DNA from: a virus | Virus genome (UHGV): UHGV-1352696 | Direction: 5' to 3' (one strand) | DNA: 52,011 bases | Part shown: positions 27,924 to 37,261 of the stretch, in pieces | How the letters are laid out: the number at the start of each line of letters is the position of its first letter | Position numbering within the stretch: position 1 is the stretch's first letter | Program-made: the position numbers and the translations under genes | The notes under the pieces: model-generated | Databases searched by the model: none | What the model was told of the DNA's origin: nothing | What the model saw: only the letters and a program-made list of their open reading frames with translations

Positions 27924-28269
27924 TAACTATTTTAAAAATAAACAATAACTATTTTAACTTTTATAAATATAAGCTGTATAGCTTTATAAAGAAAAATATA
28001 TATAAATATATATACAAAAAGAAAAATTGTTCTTTAAAAATTTATTTGTTTTATTCCTCTTCGTTTGCAATCTTGTTTAAATGTTATATTATTCTTCTTT
28101 AAATATTCTCTTACGTTATAAACTGTTTCCTTTTAACCTTAAAATATTACATTCCATTATATGACCCTCCTATTTAACGATTTAAGACACTTTATGCCTT
28201 TAGCCTATACTTTTATTACTGAACTATATAAACACGCTAGAAACTTAAAATACAAGCTCTAAAGGTATA

Positions 28270-28295
28270 ATAAAAGGTAGCTTTTTAGGCTACCT
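28270..28295 (-). terminator. Rho-independent terminator overlapping the stop codon of the AAA+ ATPase gene
   Basis: AGGTAGC-CTAAAAA-GCTACCT followed by TTTTATTAT on the minus strand. Confidence 0.5.
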
Positions 28296-29424
28296 TAAAC
28301 TCTTCCCTAAATACTTTCATGTATTTGTTATTACAAAGTCTGTATTTATTAAATGTATTAATTGTATCAGCTCCCAACCCTTTAAATACTGCAATCTCTA
28401 ACAATGTATTAATATCAATTCCAGCTTTCTCAAGTTTTGTTACTGCCATAATACATCTATAACTAAATGTTGCTCTGATTCCATTTGTTCTAGCCTGTGT
28501 TCTGAGTTCTTCGATAAAATCAACAAGCTCTGTGTTTCCCTTTGCAAGGTTAAGTTCTATTCTTCTATCATAATCAAACTTAATTGTAACAAATCTATCA
28601 AGTGTTGCTTGGTCAAGAACAAGTCTTCCTGTGTACATTTCATCAGCACCACTTCCAACAGTATTTCCAGCCGCTACAACTCTAAAGTTTTCATTTGCTT
28701 CTACCCTACCAGTTGGAAACTCAAAATACCTATTAGCAAGTGCCGCATTGAGTAATACTAATACTTCTGGAATACTTGCATCCATTTCATCAAGGAAGAA
28801 TAAACCGCCTTTTGTAAACGCTTTATAAAACTCTGTTTCATGGTAAACACCACCAGCATCAATGAATCCTGTGATTTTATATTCTTGCTGTACACTGTTT
28901 GTGAAATAGAAATCCAAACCTAAATCCCATGCAATCTGTTCAAGTGTAAAGTTCTTTCCTGTTCCTGCATCCCCTACAAGGTAAACAGCTTCATTCTGTT
29001 CAATACAAGTTTTAATTAAATTATATTTCTCATGTCTGATTTCTTTTTCTTCTTCCACTAAAGAAATTTCTTTTACTGGTTCTTCCTTTTTAGGTTTTAC
29101 TACTGGGTGAATAAGCTCCACAGAAGTTTTATTTGTTTTACTTTTTCTTCCTTGTGTTTTAAGTTCGTTTGTTGTTCTGTTTTCTGAACGGAAATTTTCC
29201 GGCTCTTTATACTGTGTACCATTTCCATTTTCATCAAACGTGTAATAATAGAAGATGCCTTGAATCTCAAAAACATAAATGCCATTCTTCTGCATTTCCC
29301 TAATTTCTTTGGTATGTTTTCTGAATGTTCTTTTCAATGTTACAAAACCAAAATCTGTTTTTGTTATACACTCCACATGCATATCATCAATCTTTGTTAC
29401 ACTTTCAAATGTTCTTCCTATCAT
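28285..29424 (-). CDS. MoxR/AAA_5-type AAA+ ATPase with a 130-aa N-terminal extension
   Basis: Walker A VYLVGDAGTGKNFT. Walker B GLFFLDEMDA. Confidence 0.7.
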   Translation of the reverse strand: MIGRTFESVTKIDDMHVECITKTDFGFVTLKRTFRKHTKEIREMQKNGIYVFEIQGIFYYYTFDENGNGTQYKEPENFRSENRTTNELKTQGRKSKTNKTSVELIHPVVKPKKEEPVKEISLVEEEKEIRHEKYNLIKTCIEQNEAVYLVGDAGTGKNFTLEQIAWDLGLDFYFTNSVQQEYKITGFIDAGGVYHETEFYKAFTKGGLFFLDEMDASIPEVLVLLNAALANRYFEFPTGRVEANENFRVVAAGNTVGSGADEMYTGRLVLDQATLDRFVTIKFDYDRRIELNLAKGNTELVDFIEELRTQARTNGIRATFSYRCIMAVTKLEKAGIDINTLLEIAVFKGLGADTINTFNKYRLCNNKYMKVFREEFKVA

Positions 29425-29479
29425 CGCTTTGTTCTCCTTATTTGTTTTCTGACTTATTTATTTATTCCTTACATCTATT

Positions 29480-29508
29480 ATAATATACCAAACAAACAAA
29501 TAAGTCAA
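29480..29508 (-). promoter_or_regulatory. Sigma-70-like promoter (TTGACT-17-TATTAT)
   Basis: Minus-strand read TTGACTTATTTGTTTGTTTGGTATATTAT. Confidence 0.45.
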
Positions 29509-29518
29509 TAGTTTTGTT

Positions 29519-30316
29519 TTAATTTATTTTGTATTTTTCAATGTTTGTTATCTCTTCTTCTCTAACATTTCTTGGAACATAATATTCACCTTTGTATAAA
29601 TGTTTTACTTCTTCCCAGTTTGTACACCATCCATATCCCTCACCGAAGTTTTTGCAATCTTCCAATCTTTCAATTAATGCAAATACTATTCTTCTAAACA
29701 TACTTGGATGCGCTAACGGAAATGCAAGCTGTTTTAAATTCATACGCTGTGAACTGTCTTTCACTTTTATTCTAATATCAACATATCCATTGTGTCTTGC
29801 ATTTCTTGAAACAAAACTAACAAATACATTACAACGCACTCCCTGTTTTTCTAATTTGTCTACAGCCTGTAAGAACTTTACACTTTCACGCATCATTGTT
29901 TCCTTTGTTACCATTCCACTATAACCAAAATCTTTTGTTATATTCACAACTTTCTGTTTTTGCACTACCCTTTTGTTATTAATCATATTTGTTGGAATAC
30001 CTTGTAAATATCTTGGAACACTACATTGAAATCCAGCAATATCATAAAATGCTTTGTTTCTGTACCCATTGTTATTCACATTAACTTTAGCATCCAATTT
30101 GCTTTTTAACTGTTTTGTTCCATCTTCCCAACCATGAAACAACAGCTCTCTTGCTTCCTCCATTGTATGCGTTCCTCTAAAATAATAATTAATATCATCT
30201 GATTTATGATACTTTTGATACAACAATGTTCTTTCTGTTGTATCAATATAATTAACCACATCTGCTATTGAATTAAAACTAATATTTATATCATTGTTTG
30301 TTTCTGTTCTTTTCAT
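29519..30316 (-). CDS. Hypothetical protein, cotranscribed partner of the AAA+ ATPase
   Basis: 265-aa ORF directly upstream of the ATPase. No recognisable motifs. Confidence 0.45.
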   Translation of the reverse strand: MKRTETNNDINISFNSIADVVNYIDTTERTLLYQKYHKSDDINYYFRGTHTMEEARELLFHGWEDGTKQLKSKLDAKVNVNNNGYRNKAFYDIAGFQCSVPRYLQGIPTNMINNKRVVQKQKVVNITKDFGYSGMVTKETMMRESVKFLQAVDKLEKQGVRCNVFVSFVSRNARHNGYVDIRIKVKDSSQRMNLKQLAFPLAHPSMFRRIVFALIERLEDCKNFGEGYGWCTNWEEVKHLYKGEYYVPRNVREEEITNIEKYKIN

Positions 30317-30358
30317 TTTTATTTTCTCCTTGTTTGTTTTCTCTTATTTACAATTATT

Positions 30359-30387
30359 ATATTACACTATTTGTTTTATTTTGTCAA
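30359..30387 (-). promoter_or_regulatory. Sigma-70-like promoter (TTGACA-17-TAATAT)
   Basis: Minus-strand read TTGACAAAATAAAACAAATAGTGTAATAT. Confidence 0.5.
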
Positions 30388-30600
30388 TAACATTTTTGAA
30401 ACACATTCATCCATATGGATACAACAAGAACAGTTATAATAACAGCACCATTTACAAGGCTCTTTGTCGCACCTTTTGACTAATGCTTCTCCACATTGCC
30501 ACTCAATACAAGGTCTATTTTTATTCACAGCGATTAATTTATTGAATCCTTTGATGTAATCATTTATTTCTTTTTCTGTTTTTAATTCCATATATATCAC
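30376..30600 (-). CDS. Small Cys-rich protein (paralog of 26135..26374)
   Basis: 74 aa with 10 Cys. Has its own promoter at 30638-30666. Confidence 0.5.
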   Translation of the reverse strand: MIYMELKTEKEINDYIKGFNKLIAVNKNRPCIEWQCGEALVKRCDKEPCKWCCYYNCSCCIHMDECVSKMLLTK

Positions 30601-30637
30601 TCCTATTTTGTATGCTTCCTAATTTGCTTCTGATAAC

Positions 30638-30666
30638 AATATAACACAAACAATATAATATGTCAA
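30638..30666 (-). promoter_or_regulatory. Sigma-70-like promoter (TTGACA-17-TATATT)
   Basis: Minus-strand read TTGACATATTATATTGTTTGTGTTATATT. Confidence 0.45.
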
Positions 30667-30718
30667 ATGTAAATTGTGTATTTTATAAAACAAAAAAGGA
30701 ACGCTTTTTATACGTTCC

Positions 30719-31336
30719 CTAGAATGTTTCTTCTTTTAGTTTCTGTTTTGTTTTAGGAATGAATCCATACATTGCAATACAATAACTATCTGCTAAATCA
30801 TCATTTATTGTACACGGTACTTTCTCAGCTCCTATTTTAACGTTTATAACGCCTTTCTTACCCCTACCCTTATATTCCTCTGCTATGTACTTTAAAAGTC
30901 CTCTATCCCTCAAATATAAGATTGTACGATACTTCTCTGGATTAATTCCATATGGATTTTGTAAAGGCTTACTATCACCCACTATTTGACTTTTCCAACT
31001 ACGTGTGTCTACTGAATAAACTGGTACATTATATAACTTCGCTACATCTATGATTGTTGCTATTAATGCTCCTGTTGATTTAATATATGCTTCTGACAAG
31101 AAACCTTGAGAGCGCAATCTAATTCTTTCTGTTATGATAATTACATTGTTTTGTTCTATCTGTTTCTTTAGTCTACGCTTAAATATTGTTTCAAGATATG
31201 TATAAATTGCTAATCGTTTTTCTGTGTTGTTTTTGCATTCTTCAAAGTTGATTGATTTCATTCTTAATATTTTCTTGTCTTGTAATATTGTAATTCCTGT
31301 TCTTGTATATGATTGGTCAATTCCTATTACTACCAT
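30719..31336 (-). CDS. RuvC-like Holliday junction resolvase
   Basis: N-terminal VVIGIDQSYTRTGITIL matches the RuvC GIDPG..TG motif. C-terminal INDDLADSYCIAMYG matches the RuvC DAADALAIA-type motif. Confidence 0.7.
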   Translation of the reverse strand: MVVIGIDQSYTRTGITILQDKKILRMKSINFEECKNNTEKRLAIYTYLETIFKRRLKKQIEQNNVIIITERIRLRSQGFLSEAYIKSTGALIATIIDVAKLYNVPVYSVDTRSWKSQIVGDSKPLQNPYGINPEKYRTILYLRDRGLLKYIAEEYKGRGKKGVINVKIGAEKVPCTINDDLADSYCIAMYGFIPKTKQKLKEETF

Positions 31337-32126
31337 ATTGCCTCCCTAATATATCTTGATTATGAAACAATCTTCGCATTGCCCAAACTTCACTAAACCA
31401 CATTGGAGTTATCCATATCTTTTCTAAATCATCTGGTAACACTGGCTCTGGTTTGATTAATGAATTGTCATGTATAACATACCCGGCTAATCCATGCAAT
31501 GATAATTGTATATAACACATATGTACACAAATTATATCAATATCCTGTCCAACAAAATAAACATGGTTCTGATAATTATACTTTTTAAACATTTCCTTAC
31601 ATTGTTCACTTGCACTTATTAATGTCGCACCAGCACCACAAGTCGGGTCATATACATTTGCATATCCTTTTTTATGTACTGTTTTTCCTAATTCTTTTCG
31701 GTCGAATGTAAGTTTTGACATTACTTCGCAAACATTGTATGGTGTAAAGAATTGCCCCGCATTTTTGTTATGTATTTGTAACATCATGTAGAGTTCACCT
31801 AACAAATCTTGGTTCGGTCTTTCTTCCAACTCTTCTACGATTAATGCAAACATTTGCGGAAATAATTTCTGTTCATTTTTTGAATAACTATTAATAATTC
31901 TTAAATATTCTTTTTCCCTTTTATCCAATATCTCTTTAAATTGTTTATCTTCGGTCATTGGTAAAATACTTTGGTTTGCTAATGTTATAGCAAATAACGC
32001 CATGCAATCAGACCACACTTGATATGTCGACTTTGAACTACATAACTTCTTGAAACCTTTTTCAAATCTCTTTTTATAATTTCTATCATCTGTTTTGTTT
32101 TTCATGCTTTTAACCACTCCAAACAT
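31317..32126 (-). CDS. N6-adenine DNA methyltransferase-like protein (HsdM/N6_Mtase family) with a non-canonical motif IV
   Basis: GQFFTPYNV (motif X-like) and VYDPTCGAGATL (motif I). TPMW appears where NPPF/NPPY is expected. The protein ends soon after (269 aa). Confidence 0.5.
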   Translation of the reverse strand: MFGVVKSMKNKTDDRNYKKRFEKGFKKLCSSKSTYQVWSDCMALFAITLANQSILPMTEDKQFKEILDKREKEYLRIINSYSKNEQKLFPQMFALIVEELEERPNQDLLGELYMMLQIHNKNAGQFFTPYNVCEVMSKLTFDRKELGKTVHKKGYANVYDPTCGAGATLISASEQCKEMFKKYNYQNHVYFVGQDIDIICVHMCYIQLSLHGLAGYVIHDNSLIKPEPVLPDDLEKIWITPMWFSEVWAMRRLFHNQDILGRQYGSNRN

Positions 32127-32503
32127 TTTTCTTTTGTTGTAAATACTGGATAAATGTCTCGCTGTGTTTTTCTGATGCCAGTATCTATTGTGCTATTAAT
32201 ACATAAAAAGTTTTGTTTATGGCTTTCTATATTTTCCTTTTTATCTGTTACACACTTAATAGGTTTTAAGTTATACAATGTTTCTTCTTTGCGTACTATA
32301 CATTCTTTTACAATACATTTTAGAACAACATTCTTTTTTGCCTTTTCCCTTTTACTTACAAATACAAGAAAGCATTCTTGCTCCGGTAAAAGCCTTAAAT
32401 ATGTTTTGTGTACATTTTGCATTCCTTTGCACTCCTTTGTTTCACACTCCATGCAATCAAGATAGGTTACATGGAGTGCATATGCTTTACAATATTTTGC
32501 CAT
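32102..32503 (-). CDS. Cys-rich hypothetical protein
   Basis: 133-aa ORF with 12 Cys: CMECETKECKG... Confidence 0.4.
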   Translation of the reverse strand: MAKYCKAYALHVTYLDCMECETKECKGMQNVHKTYLRLLPEQECFLVFVSKREKAKKNVVLKCIVKECIVRKEETLYNLKPIKCVTDKKENIESHKQNFLCINSTIDTGIRKTQRDIYPVFTTKEKCLEWLKA

Positions 32504-33360
32504 TAATTAGATAGCCTTTCTTTCGCCTTTCCGTAGCATACATCTTTCATGTTACATTCTTCTGCCATCTTACAATTATACCCTGTACATTTCTTGTGCC
32601 TTTTTACAAGTTTGTTTTGTTCTAATAGCTTTGTTTTACTTTCCTGTATTCTTTCTAATCTTCCAATGTACTGTGCTATTTCACTTGGATTATATTCATA
32701 ATGGTATACTTTAAATTCTTGTGTATTTTTATCATCACACAAAACTATTCCATGGTGTATCCCTGTTAAATACATATAAAGCTGGCATTGTTTTCTACCA
32801 CTTGCATGATACTTTTGTTTTTTGAATGTAAATGTATTTACACTTTTGATTTCGACTATATATGGAATCTTTTTAACACTTTCATCATATACGCTTTCAA
32901 GCTTGTAATCGGCTGGTATTTCGCATATTATATCGGGGGTATAGGATAAGTCAAACTCTTCTGCAAAGCGGCTATAATCACAATCTAGGGGCTTACACAA
33001 GCCACCCCTAATAAATAGCCTTTGCCACTTCTCATGTATTGCATCACCCTCACTGAATATTCTCCTTAAACCTACTGGAACTTGCTCGCCTTGTAGCTGT
33101 TTATAAAATAATGATAATACTTGCTGTCGTATACAAAACTTATCATCTGATACAATTACTGCACTGGCATGTAATCCTTTTCTTTCTGTTGTTTCTGCAC
33201 CCCTTGTCATTACACTCTTAAGGAATTTAAGTTCTTTCGGAATGTCCTTATCTAAGTAAAATAAACCATTTAACATTTGTTCTATTTCTTTTTCTTGCGT
33301 ACTTTGTACCTTTGTAAATGTTTTGTCTGCATCCTTTTTAATATCGTCTATGATTCCCAT
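32503..33360 (-). CDS. PD-(D/E)xK exonuclease with a C-terminal Cys cluster (Cas4/RecB-like)
   Basis: YTPDIICEIPAD ... YIVEIKSV (D...E.K). C-terminal CTGYNCKMAEECNMKDVC. Confidence 0.6.
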   Translation of the reverse strand: MGIIDDIKKDADKTFTKVQSTQEKEIEQMLNGLFYLDKDIPKELKFLKSVMTRGAETTERKGLHASAVIVSDDKFCIRQQVLSLFYKQLQGEQVPVGLRRIFSEGDAIHEKWQRLFIRGGLCKPLDCDYSRFAEEFDLSYTPDIICEIPADYKLESVYDESVKKIPYIVEIKSVNTFTFKKQKYHASGRKQCQLYMYLTGIHHGIVLCDDKNTQEFKVYHYEYNPSEIAQYIGRLERIQESKTKLLEQNKLVKRHKKCTGYNCKMAEECNMKDVCYGKAKERLSN

Positions 33361-33525
33361 TTTATTCTCCTTGTTCTGAAATAGATAATATGTTTGTTTG
33401 TTTCAAACCAGTGGTTGTACAAAACCTTGTTCTTGCTTGCTTTTCTGTCTCAGCATAACAGAAGAATTTATGTTCTATACTTCCACCATTTGTATAAGTT
33501 CGCTTAAATACTATACAATAAAATA

Positions 33526-34446
33526 TCACTCTAACATTTCCTTGTACTTTTTCTTATGTTCATCCATGATTTCTTTTCTAACAGAATCAAGGTCTGCAAA
33601 ATCAACAAAACCGCGTTCATAGAATAATGGGATTTCACAGCTCTGCATTGGTGGGTTTACTTTTGACTTAACAACTTTTACTTTCATAATCATTCCAATT
33701 CTTTCTTTTGTTTCTGTGTTGAATGGGTTATGGTTAGGGATTTCAATATACCCTTTTCTTGCTACTTGAATTTTAAGTGAAGCCGCATGTGATAATTTAT
33801 GACCACCAGGAGTTTTAATGTTGTCTCCGAAAGGTAATGCATTCATTTTATCACGAATCTGATTAATAAACACAACTGTCGTTCCTGTTTGTTCAATGAT
33901 ATACTCTAATGTTGGTAAATACTTATCCATGAGCCTTGCTACACCACCGATTCGCATTTCTTGTTCACTGTCTGTATTTACCGCCTTTCTAACCTTGTCA
34001 ATATCATCTTTTGGCTGTAATGATGGCACACTATCAATCATAATTAACGGAATACCCTCTTCCGCAAACCTTATGGCTCTATTAAATGCCTTTTCTCCAT
34101 ATGGTGCTCTATATATAATCATTTGTTTTGGTCTGTTACCGAACAACTTCGCTCTTTCTGTTGATAGCGTTCCCTCCACAGGTTCAACAAGACATAACTC
34201 ATGCTGGGCGCATAGCTGATATCCTAATGTTGTTTTTCCTGCACTCTCTGCTCCAAAAATTTCAATGATTCTTCCTTTTGGCATTCCACCGCCAATAATA
34301 TTATCAAGGTCAACAAGCCCTGTACTCCATCTTGGAATGTCCAAATCTGCTGTTTTCTTTCCTAGACTGTAAACACTTCCCTTTTCCTTTTTGTCAATCT
34401 CTGCAATCAATTTTAAAATTCCATCTTTATTAGTTGCTTTTGCCAT
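33526..34446 (-). CDS. RecA-family recombinase (phage Sak4/UvsX-like)
   Basis: Walker A GIIEIFGAESAGKTTL. Walker B hydrophobic-D stretch IPLIMIDSV. Confidence 0.75.
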   Translation of the reverse strand: MAKATNKDGILKLIAEIDKKEKGSVYSLGKKTADLDIPRWSTGLVDLDNIIGGGMPKGRIIEIFGAESAGKTTLGYQLCAQHELCLVEPVEGTLSTERAKLFGNRPKQMIIYRAPYGEKAFNRAIRFAEEGIPLIMIDSVPSLQPKDDIDKVRKAVNTDSEQEMRIGGVARLMDKYLPTLEYIIEQTGTTVVFINQIRDKMNALPFGDNIKTPGGHKLSHAASLKIQVARKGYIEIPNHNPFNTETKERIGMIMKVKVVKSKVNPPMQSCEIPLFYERGFVDFADLDSVRKEIMDEHKKKYKEMLE

Positions 34447-34906
34447 ATTCTTTTAATGCTCCTTTTACTAATTCTTTTATCGTTTCCGCTTTTTCATCCG
34501 GCAGTTTTATCCACTCTTTATCATTTGTTAGGTCTGTATACTTCTCAAGATACCACATTGCTTTCTTCAAATCCTCTAATCTGTTTTTATATTTATGTCT
34601 CCACAAATACTTATACGCATTTACAATGCAATAAATTGCTACGTCCATGTCTCCGAATGCTATTCGCATTGTATCTATGCATTCAATGCTTGTTCTTTCT
34701 TTGTAGTGGTCTGGATTTATGTTATCATGTTTGTTTGTTTCTGTTCTTTTCATATCTGCTTTCTCCTTTTCAATAGTAGGTGCTTTCGACACTTCCTCTC
34801 TCACTTTATTTGTTATTACGTCACAAAAAAATATTGAATTACACTCTCTCCCTTTTGCTGTGCATATTCCATCATTTTCATACTCGCAACCTCCACATCT
34901 ATCCAT
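34430..34906 (-). CDS. DUF3310-family phage protein
   Basis: NPDHYK...IECIDTMRIAFGD...AIYCIVNAYKYLWRHKYKN...DLKKAMWYLEKY. N-terminal Cys cluster. Confidence 0.7.
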   Translation of the reverse strand: MDRCGGCEYENDGICTAKGRECNSIFFCDVITNKVREEVSKAPTIEKEKADMKRTETNKHDNINPDHYKERTSIECIDTMRIAFGDMDVAIYCIVNAYKYLWRHKYKNRLEDLKKAMWYLEKYTDLTNDKEWIKLPDEKAETIKELVKGALKEYGKSN

Positions 34907-34911
34907 TTATT

Positions 34912-36438
34912 TCACCTCGCCATTAATGTACTATTATATTTTACAACTCTGCTCATATATTTGTTTTTATTAAATTCAAGTGCACCCTGTTCTTTTAATG
35001 TTTTAATTACTCCTTTTGTAACACTTCTTCCTTTGCATCTATCATAGAAATCATCATAAGACTTAAATACACCCTTTCTGCGCTCTTCTTCTATGGTTTC
35101 TGCGGCTTTTTCTCCAATACCCTTAATAATACTCAACCCTTGCTGTATAACGTCCTCTCCATCCATTTTACGCAATGAAGTTTTAGCTGAATAGTTTACG
35201 TGTGGTAACATAACCACAGCACCATCTTTTACTGCAAACTGTGAATATTTAAAGATATCTGCATCATTATCTGCATACTTCATTTTAACATACCAAAACT
35301 GTGTTGGGTAATGTACTTTGTAAAACATCTGGTCAATACTTATTAACGCATAGCCAGTGCTATGTCCCTTGTTGAAGCCATAGATTAGCATACTCGCCCA
35401 TATGCTATTTGTTTGTTCTTTTGTTAATCCCTCTTTTTTACATCCTATAAAGAAATCTTTTTTCATTTGTTCAATGATTGGAATATACTCCGACTTTGTT
35501 AAGTTCTCTGCTTTCTTCATAATCTTTAACATATCAAAACTTTGTTGCGCTGTTAAATGTCCAACCTTTTGTGCTACTTCAACTGTTTGCTCTTGGTATA
35601 ACATTGTTCCATATGTTTCTTGCGTATATTTATAATATGGTGTATTCTTATCTACTTTATCAGAAAGTTTGTTATGTGCATACGTTTCATGCATATGCAA
35701 CTGTAGTGGTGCTGGCCTGTTTAATGCGTTCACCGCTATAATATCATTTATGCAATCACACTGAATCATATCAAGAATCTTTTTAGGTGCTGACTTTTCC
35801 ATCTGAAAAATCCCATCTGTTCTTCCATCTCTGAATCCCTCTATAACCTCTTTGCTTTCTTCATCTTCTTCTGTTATTGTATGTCCTGTTTTCTCTCTAA
35901 GCTCACGCATTTCTGACATTGTTTTAAGTCCAAGCATATCAAACTTTACACAATTAATATGCTCTAAATCATCTTTATCAAAACAACTGCTTAATGCTCC
36001 TGTCTTTCTATCTCTCATGATAATACAAGTATAATCACTTATATCTGTTCCAACCACAGCAACCCCAGCCGAATGTTTTCCAAGGTACTTTATTTTACCA
36101 TAAAGTTTTGAAAAATGTTTTATAATGTTGTCATACTTTTCATTAAACTCTTCTGTTCTGTATCCATTCAATAAATTACTCATATTCAGCTCATCATCTA
36201 CTATGAATCCCTTAATATATGACTTAATTTCTGCAATAACTTTTTTATTTTCATCTGCTTCAAACCAATCAACATCTTTTGTTGTTTTTAAGTTACAAAC
36301 ACTTGCCAAATCATTCACAAGATTATCAACTCCATACATACCATAAGAACAAATTTGTATTGCTTTGTTTGGATATTTGTTTATAACATAATCAATTACT
36401 TCCTGTCTCCTATCTCGTTCGAAATCTAAATCAATATC
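34912..36438 (-). CDS. dnaE: DNA polymerase III alpha (DnaE-type), exon 2 (starts ...DIDLDFERDRRQEVIDYVINKY...)
   Basis: Motifs DIDLDFERDRRQEVIDYV, KFDMLGLKTM and FNKGHSTGYALISIDQMFYKVHYPTQFW match the DnaE polymerase core. The in-frame region upstream of the listed ATG restores the DIDxDF catalytic motif. Confidence 0.85.
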   Translation of the reverse strand, partial: DIDLDFERDRRQEVIDYVINKYPNKAIQICSYGMYGVDNLVNDLASVCNLKTTKDVDWFEADENKKVIAEIKSYIKGFIVDDELNMSNLLNGYRTEEFNEKYDNIIKHFSKLYGKIKYLGKHSAGVAVVGTDISDYTCIIMRDRKTGALSSCFDKDDLEHINCVKFDMLGLKTMSEMRELREKTGHTITEEDEESKEVIEGFRDGRTDGIFQMEKSAPKKILDMIQCDCINDIIAVNALNRPAPLQLHMHETYAHNKLSDKVDKNTPYYKYTQETYGTMLYQEQTVEVAQKVGHLTAQQSFDMLKIMKKAENLTKSEYIPIIEQMKKDFFIGCKKEGLTKEQTNSIWASMLIYGFNKGHSTGYALISIDQMFYKVHYPTQFWYVKMKYADNDADIFKYSQFAVKDGAVVMLPHVNYSAKTSLRKMDGEDVIQQGLSIIKGIGEKAAETIEEERRKGVFKSYDDFYDRCKGRSVTKGVIKTLKEQGALEFNKNKYMSRVVKYNSTLMAR

Positions 36439-37261
36439 CTACCTTAGTCGTTCGTTTCCAAACTATCAAGGCTAGACTATATCTTCCACTATTGTGGCAT
36501 TCGCACTTCGGAATGGTGCTTATCTCCATTCCTACACTTGTTACTCTCTTCGCAAGCTAGTCGTTACACCTTTCTATACGAACATTTCCATAAACTAGAT
36601 GTTTATGTAACATTGTTCTTTTAACATTGTAGTGTTTTTCTGCATATTCCACAGCTTCCGTTATACTTAGAAATTCATCTATCAATTTATTTCCAACATA
36701 CAATTTACATGGTCTATAATTTCTGAATGGTGTATCTTTTCTTCTCTCATATCCATACTTCAAATTGTCTGCTTGCTTACACCATCTAAGATTTTCATAA
36801 TAGTTGTTCTTTACATTTCCATCTATGTGGTCAACAACTAGCTTTGGTTTGTATCCTTTGCAAAAATATTTTGCTACTGCTCTATGTATTGACAAATGTT
36901 TTGTTATATTGTTCTCACATGGCTTTACATACAAATAACCTCCACTTCCAACATAAGGTTTTAATATATTTCCTGTTTTCTCGTTTAAAACATTTCCATA
37001 TTCATCTATTGAATGGTGGTCAAACTCTTCCATACTTTTAAACATCTAATTCACTTCCTTTCTATATAGACTTGGCACGGTATTCCCTCTATCTCACCGT
37101 CACTGGTTTAGGGTTTCTTAGTCAGATTATTCGTCTATGGTCTATGCCCTATTATCTTGTTGTAACATTTCAATAAGGAGTCTTATTTTTCTGATACCGT
37201 TAGCATATTATAATAATACACACCATTAAGCAATGTTCACGAATGATGCCCAATTAAGTTT
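36439..37261 (-). ncRNA. Group I self-splicing intron (about 823 nt) interrupting dnaE, with an HNH endonuclease ORF in a peripheral loop
   Basis: Exon 1 ends in U (..UCAUUGCCU). The intron ends in G (..GACUAAGGUAG). R-like element GACUAA at 37118-37123 and S element AAGAUAUAGUCU at 36474-36485. Splicing joins KKSLP to DIDLDF, restoring the conserved DnaE motif. Confidence 0.8.
36557..37045 (-). CDS. HNH homing endonuclease (intron-encoded)
   Basis: VVDHIDGNVKNNYYENLRWCKQADN (H-N-H motif). Lies entirely inside the intron. Confidence 0.8.
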   Translation of the reverse strand: MFKSMEEFDHHSIDEYGNVLNEKTGNILKPYVGSGGYLYVKPCENNITKHLSIHRAVAKYFCKGYKPKLVVDHIDGNVKNNYYENLRWCKQADNLKYGYERRKDTPFRNYRPCKLYVGNKLIDEFLSITEAVEYAEKHYNVKRTMLHKHLVYGNVRIERCND

